Made by a program: the position numbers and the translations under genes. A DNA stretch of 64,000 nt from contig CAWIAD010000001.1 of assembly GCA_963833985.1 (NCBI GenBank), positions 1,376,001 through 1,440,000 on the forward strand, read 5' to 3'. Positions 59,678 through 64,000 of the stretch are shown here, one piece after another (the stretch's first letter is position 1; each line of letters starts with the position of its first letter). The notes under the pieces are model-generated. The model was given only the letters and a program-made list of their open reading frames with translations, searched no databases and was not told the DNA's origin. The stretch comes from an uncultured Planctomycetaceae bacterium. GTDB lineage: Bacteria; Planctomycetota; Planctomycetia; Isosphaerales; Isosphaeraceae.

Positions 59678-60208
59678 ATGAGCAGCCTCAAAGGAAAACG
59701 CGTGGCCGTGCTGGTGGAGAAGTTTTACGAGGACCTCGAGCTCTGGTATCCGGTCCTGCGCCTCCGCGAGGCCGGGGCCGATGTGCAGATCGTCGGGCCG
59801 AAGGCCGGGGAAACGTACCTCTCGAAGCACGATTACCCCGCGCGTTCCGACGTCGGGGCAAGCGACGTGAAAGCACAGGATCTCGACGCCGTGATCATTC
59901 CCGGCGGCTATTCGCCCGATCACATGAGGCGCCATCCGACGATGGTGCACCTTGTGACGCAGGCAGCCCAGCTGGGCAAGGTGATCGCGGCCATCTGCCA
60001 TGGCCCCTGGATGCTCTGTTCGGCCCGCTGCCTGCACGGCAAGAAGGTGACCGGCTTCTACTCCATCCGCGACGACGTGGTCAATGCCGGCGGAATCTGG
60101 CAGGACGCCGCGTGCGTGCGCGACGGCAACATCGTCACCAGCCGCACACCGGACGACCTGCCGGAGTTCATGCAGGGCATCTTCGCGGCGCTCGTGGAGC
60201 CCGCCTGA
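59678..60208 (+). CDS. PfpI/DJ-1 family protein
   Basis: EDLE, IPGG.SPD, AICHGP, TSR.PDDL. Confidence 0.9.
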   Translation: MSSLKGKRVAVLVEKFYEDLELWYPVLRLREAGADVQIVGPKAGETYLSKHDYPARSDVGASDVKAQDLDAVIIPGGYSPDHMRRHPTMVHLVTQAAQLGKVIAAICHGPWMLCSARCLHGKKVTGFYSIRDDVVNAGGIWQDAACVRDGNIVTSRTPDDLPEFMQGIFAALVEPA

Positions 60209-60274
60209 GCGATGCGTCCGCCGCGGCCGGCATCCGGCTCTCGCCAGGGCGCACCTGGCGAGAGCGCCCGGCCA

Positions 60275-61588
60275 TCAGATGAAGTCGTTGAACAGGTTCT
60301 CGAGCATTTCCTGCCGCCCGCTGACATTCTTGGCGGCATCGCCCTTGGGCAGGATGTAGGCTTCCAGATCGGCCAGGTTGCACTGGCCGGACTCGACCCG
60401 CTTACCCAGCTCGCAATCCCAGCTCTGGTACCGGCTCTTGACGAACTCGGCTAGCCGGCCGTCGCTGATGATGGCCTGCGCGGTCTTCAGTCCGCGGGCG
60501 AACGCGTCCATGCCGCCGATGTGTGCGTAGAACAGGTCGATCGGCTCGAAGCTCTCCCGGCGCACCTTGGCGTCGAAGTTGACGCCGCCCGTCGTGAACC
60601 CGCCCATGCCGAGAATGCAGAGCATGCACTGCGTGGTCAGGTAGATGTTGGTGGGGAACTGGTCAGTATCCCAGCCCAGGAGATAATCTCCGGTATTGGC
60701 GTCAATCGACCCCAGCGCCCCTGCGCCGATGGCCACTTCCATCTCGTGCATCATCTCGTGACCGGCCAGCGTGGCGTGGTTGGTCTCGAGGTTGAGCTTG
60801 AAATGCGGCAGCAGGTTGTAGGTCCGCAGGAAGTTGAGGCAGGCGGCCGCGTCCGAGTCATACTGGTGCTTGGTGGGCTCGCGCGGTTTCGGCTCGATAT
60901 AGAAGTTCCCCTGGAAGCCGATCTGCTTCTTGTAGTTCACCGCCATGTGCAGGAACTGGCCGAGGTGATCGAGCTCGCGCTTCATGTCGGTGTTCAGCAG
61001 GGTCGAGTACCCTTCGCGTCCCCCCCAGAACGTGTACCCGGCGCCGCCGAGCTCGAGGGTGATCTCCAGGGCCTTCTTGACCTGGGCCGCGGCGAACGCG
61101 AAGACGTCGAAGTTCGAGCTGGTGGCTGCCCCGTGCATGTAACGGGGATTGGTGAAGAGGTTGGCCGTGCCCCAGAGTAGCTTCACTCCGGTTCGGGCTT
61201 GCTCATCCTTGAGGACCTTGACCACCTCGTCCAGGTTGGCATGGCTTTCCTTGAGCGTTGCGCCTTCGGGCGCGACGTCGCGGTCGTGGAAGGCGTAGAA
61301 GGGCGCTTGCATCTTCTCGAAGAACTCGAAAGCCATCTTGGCCTTGCGCTGGGCGTTGGCCACCGAGCCGGAGCCGTCATCCCAGGGCCGGTGCGCCGTG
61401 CCCACACCGAACGGGTCGGAGAGCTGGTTGCAGAACGTGTGCCAGTAGACGACCGAGAACCGAAGATGATCCTTCATCGTCTTGTCGCCGACCATCTCAT
61501 CGGGATTGTAATGCTTGAACTCCAGCGGGTTGCGTGACTTGGGGCCCCCGTACTGGATCTTCGGCACGTCGGGAAAAAAGGCGGTCAT
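60275..61588 (-). CDS. xylA: Xylose isomerase
   Basis: [37 protein letters not shown]. Confidence 0.97.
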   Translation of the reverse strand: MTAFFPDVPKIQYGGPKSRNPLEFKHYNPDEMVGDKTMKDHLRFSVVYWHTFCNQLSDPFGVGTAHRPWDDGSGSVANAQRKAKMAFEFFEKMQAPFYAFHDRDVAPEGATLKESHANLDEVVKVLKDEQARTGVKLLWGTANLFTNPRYMHGAATSSNFDVFAFAAAQVKKALEITLELGGAGYTFWGGREGYSTLLNTDMKRELDHLGQFLHMAVNYKKQIGFQGNFYIEPKPREPTKHQYDSDAAACLNFLRTYNLLPHFKLNLETNHATLAGHEMMHEMEVAIGAGALGSIDANTGDYLLGWDTDQFPTNIYLTTQCMLCILGMGGFTTGGVNFDAKVRRESFEPIDLFYAHIGGMDAFARGLKTAQAIISDGRLAEFVKSRYQSWDCELGKRVESGQCNLADLEAYILPKGDAAKNVSGRQEMLENLFNDFI

Positions 61589-61857
61589 CGGCTCGTCTCA
61601 CCCCTCGCATGTTCAGAGTCTGTGCAAGACCATCGCACCCACTAATCTACTGGCCCGGAAAGCCCGTGGGCAATCCCCCTGTGCACGCCCGCACCCGGTT
61701 TTCCGGGTTGAAATCATGAACTGAGCATATGCGCAAGAAAATGGCCAAACGCCGATCGCTCCGGCCCGCAATTCCAGTATCGTGGCCGCTTGCCGCAAGC
61801 TGACAAAGTCGATAAAATGGACGCATGTGGTGGGTCGAGGCTCATCAATTCAATCCC

Positions 61858-61928
61858 GGGCGGCTAACTCAGCGGTTAGAGTGCCATCCTCACACGGTGG
61901 AAGTCGCAGGTTCGAATCCCGCCGCCCA
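61858..61928 (+). tRNA. tRNA-Val(CAC), 2 nt short at T-stem/acceptor junction
   Basis: GGGCGGC acceptor, ACUC/GAGU D stem, anticodon CAC 61891-61893, GGTTCGAATC T loop. Confidence 0.88.
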
Positions 61929-62051
61929 TTCCGCTCATGAGTTTCCTGCGTTATTTCACTGCATGCTTCGCCCGTGCAAGGCTAGCCGAAGAACGGGTCA
62001 AGAGCCGGTCTGAGGATTGCGCGTTGTTGGTGGTTGCCATAAGATAGTGCG

Positions 62052-62642
62052 ATGACGATCTTGCCGCTGGGTTTGCAATCCTGGGAGCGGACGATACGAG
62101 CCCTGGAACTCGTCAAAGACCGTTTGTTGCGCGCGACTGCGGCTCTAGAAAATGCGCGTATTCCTTACGCGGTGATCGGAGGCAACGCGGTCGCCGCGTG
62201 GGTTGGGCAGGTCGATCAGTCGGCCGTGCGCTTCACGCAAGACGTGGACCTGCTGATCCTTCGCTCTGATCTGGATGCGACCAAGTTGGCGCTTGAAACG
62301 GCGGGCTTCATTTATCGCCACGTCGCCAGCGTAGATCTGTTCCTCGACGGTCCTGATGCGAAAACCCGCGATGCGGTCCACGTCATCTTCGCTGGTGAAA
62401 GAGTGCGCCCGGACTATGCCTTGCCAGCTCCGGATGTGATCGAGTCCGAACCCGCGGAAGCGTTTCGCGTGTTGCGCCTCGACGCGCTCGTGCGGATGAA
62501 ACTCACGTCATTCCGCGACAAGGACCGCACTCACCTCCGCGATCTGATCAGCGTCGGACTCGTTGATGAATCGTGGCGTCTGAAACTGCCTGGTGATTTG
62601 ACAGCCCGCTTGCAATCCTTGCTCGACACTCCGGACGGCTAA
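62052..62642 (+). CDS. Putative nucleotidyltransferase-fold protein
   Basis: YAVIGGNAV..R.TQDVD, MKL..R.KD..HL.DL. Confidence 0.7.
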   Translation: MTILPLGLQSWERTIRALELVKDRLLRATAALENARIPYAVIGGNAVAAWVGQVDQSAVRFTQDVDLLILRSDLDATKLALETAGFIYRHVASVDLFLDGPDAKTRDAVHVIFAGERVRPDYALPAPDVIESEPAEAFRVLRLDALVRMKLTSFRDKDRTHLRDLISVGLVDESWRLKLPGDLTARLQSLLDTPDG

Positions 62643-62817
62643 CCCGGGGCCAAGCGATCGACCCCCGGGACCGGCTGACTTCGAAATGGCCTTGAGAAGC
62701 GGCGGCCACCGCCGGCTAGGTCTGCACGCTAACCTTGAGATTTGTGTGATCCTGTGATCCATGCTCACCTTGTAAATCGTAAGTCGTTATTTTCCTAGAT
62801 TCTTCGCTTTTCGGCTC

Positions 62818-62864
62818 TCCTCACACGGTGGAAGTCGCAGGTTCGAATCCCGCACCGCCCATTC
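62818..62864 (+). repeat. Duplicated 3' half of tRNA-Val (att-like)
   Basis: TCCTCACACGGTGGAAGTCGCAGGTTCGAATCCCGC identical to the tRNA, then ACCGCCCATTC. Confidence 0.88.
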
Positions 62865-62964
62865 GACTTACGGCGATCGTTAGCCGAGTTTTCAGTCTTC
62901 CCTTCAGCTTTTCTGGACGATAGCCGGGGACGGATCGAACTGGACTCCGGAACGTGAAGTGCGG

Positions 62965-64000
62965 TCACCCTGCCTCGGGCCTTGCGAAGATGAGCGAGGC
63001 GTTCTTGCCCCAGAATCCCAGCGAATTCGACATCGCGACTTTCATGTCCATCGGTCGTGCCGTGCCCCTCACGACGTCGAGGCGACATTCCGGGTCGAGG
63101 TCGAGGCAGTTGGCCGTGGGCGGGGCGATCTGGTCTCGGAGACTGAGGATCGTGATCACGGTTTCCAGAGCAGACGACGCTCCCAGGCAATGTCCCGTGA
63201 CAGGCTTGGTCGAGCTGCACGCCACCAGGTCCAGGTGGTCCCCCAGCAGTCGGCGCATCGCCAGAGCCTCGATCCGGTCGTTGAGCGGCGTGCCGGTCCC
63301 GTGGGCGTTGACATAGTCGATCTCCTGCGGGTAGAGCCCGCCGACGCGCAGGCGCTCGCCGCATGGCCCGCACCAGACCCTCGCCATCGTTGCGGGGCGA
63401 CGTGCGGTGCGTGGTGTCGGCGGCCATCGCCCAGCCCAGAAGTCGCGCATGCACGGCCGCGCCGCGACGAAGGGCGGATTCCAGCGATTCGAGGACCAGG
63501 AATGCGGCGCCTTCGCCGATCAGCGTGCCGTCGCGGGTCACGTCGAACGGGCGGCAGGACCGGCGTGGGTCGGCGTGGGAGCCGAGGATGCCGGTGGCGA
63601 GGGTCAGCCGGATGACCGCGTCCCTGAGCGGAGCATCCGCTCCCCCCGCCACCATGATCTCCGCCTCGCCCAGCGCGATCTGTTGCGCGGCCAGAGAAAT
63701 GGCGTAAGCGGCCGAGGCGCAAGTGGCGGAAACTGTCAGGCAAGGCCCGCCGGCGCCCAGGGCCATGGAGAGCGCCCCGCTGAGGCCGTCGAGCGTACTG
63801 TTGGCCGCCAGGGTCGGCGGCAGGCGATTGCGGCTGGACCTGGACCGGTCCACGCATTCCGTCCACTTCTGCATCGGCCCACGCGACGTGCCCGCGATGA
63901 TGCCCAGCGACGAGGGGTCCGGAGGCTGCGCGTCCAGACCCGCGTCGGCGTGGGCCTGGACGGCCGCCTCGAGCGCAAGCTGGACGCATCGATCCATCCG
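62965..64000 (-). CDS. Beta-ketoacyl-ACP synthase (FabF-like), 5' partial, frameshift near 63355
   Basis: TCAS, CRPFD..RDG..GEGA, NAHGTGT, TGHCLGA, NSLGF.G. Confidence 0.88.

Noticed and set aside
62818..62864. Second functional tRNA-Val
   Set aside because: No D arm or 5' acceptor strand

Overview
GC-rich bacterial chromosome segment, most likely Planctomycetota (Isosphaeraceae-like, from a TIGR03067 protein and gene style). At least eight small indels, including in valS, cobA-hemD and tRNA-Val, point to assembly errors, so frameshifts are weak evidence of pseudogenes. Left part (1-17.6 kb): end of an alternative complex III cluster with c-type cytochromes and a porin-like protein, two PIN toxin-antitoxin pairs, valS, cimA and an ECF sigma/anti-sigma pair. 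Middle (17.7-45.4 kb): an accessory general-stress/desiccation region (CsbD, DUF1328, DUF883, DUF3309, YqaE, LEA-like, His-rich, AI-2E, YihY, P1B-5 ATPase, PP2C, CsrA, hybrid kinase). Right part: BlaI/M56, a sigma54-type hsp20 triplet, a complete ISL3, cobA-hemD, a GlnE-like gene, xylA, tRNA-Val with a duplicated 3' half and a FabF-like gene. The main finding is six copies of a ~105-nt structured non-coding leader with compensatory base changes. Its P1 helix is mutually exclusive with an intrinsic terminator. Five copies follow a conserved sigma70-like promoter, and four sit head-to-head with a DUF2294/MpsC gene. This is a candidate undescribed attenuator/riboswitch regulon, possibly with DUF2294 as the RNA-binding effector. 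I do not recognise the RNA but could not search Rfam.
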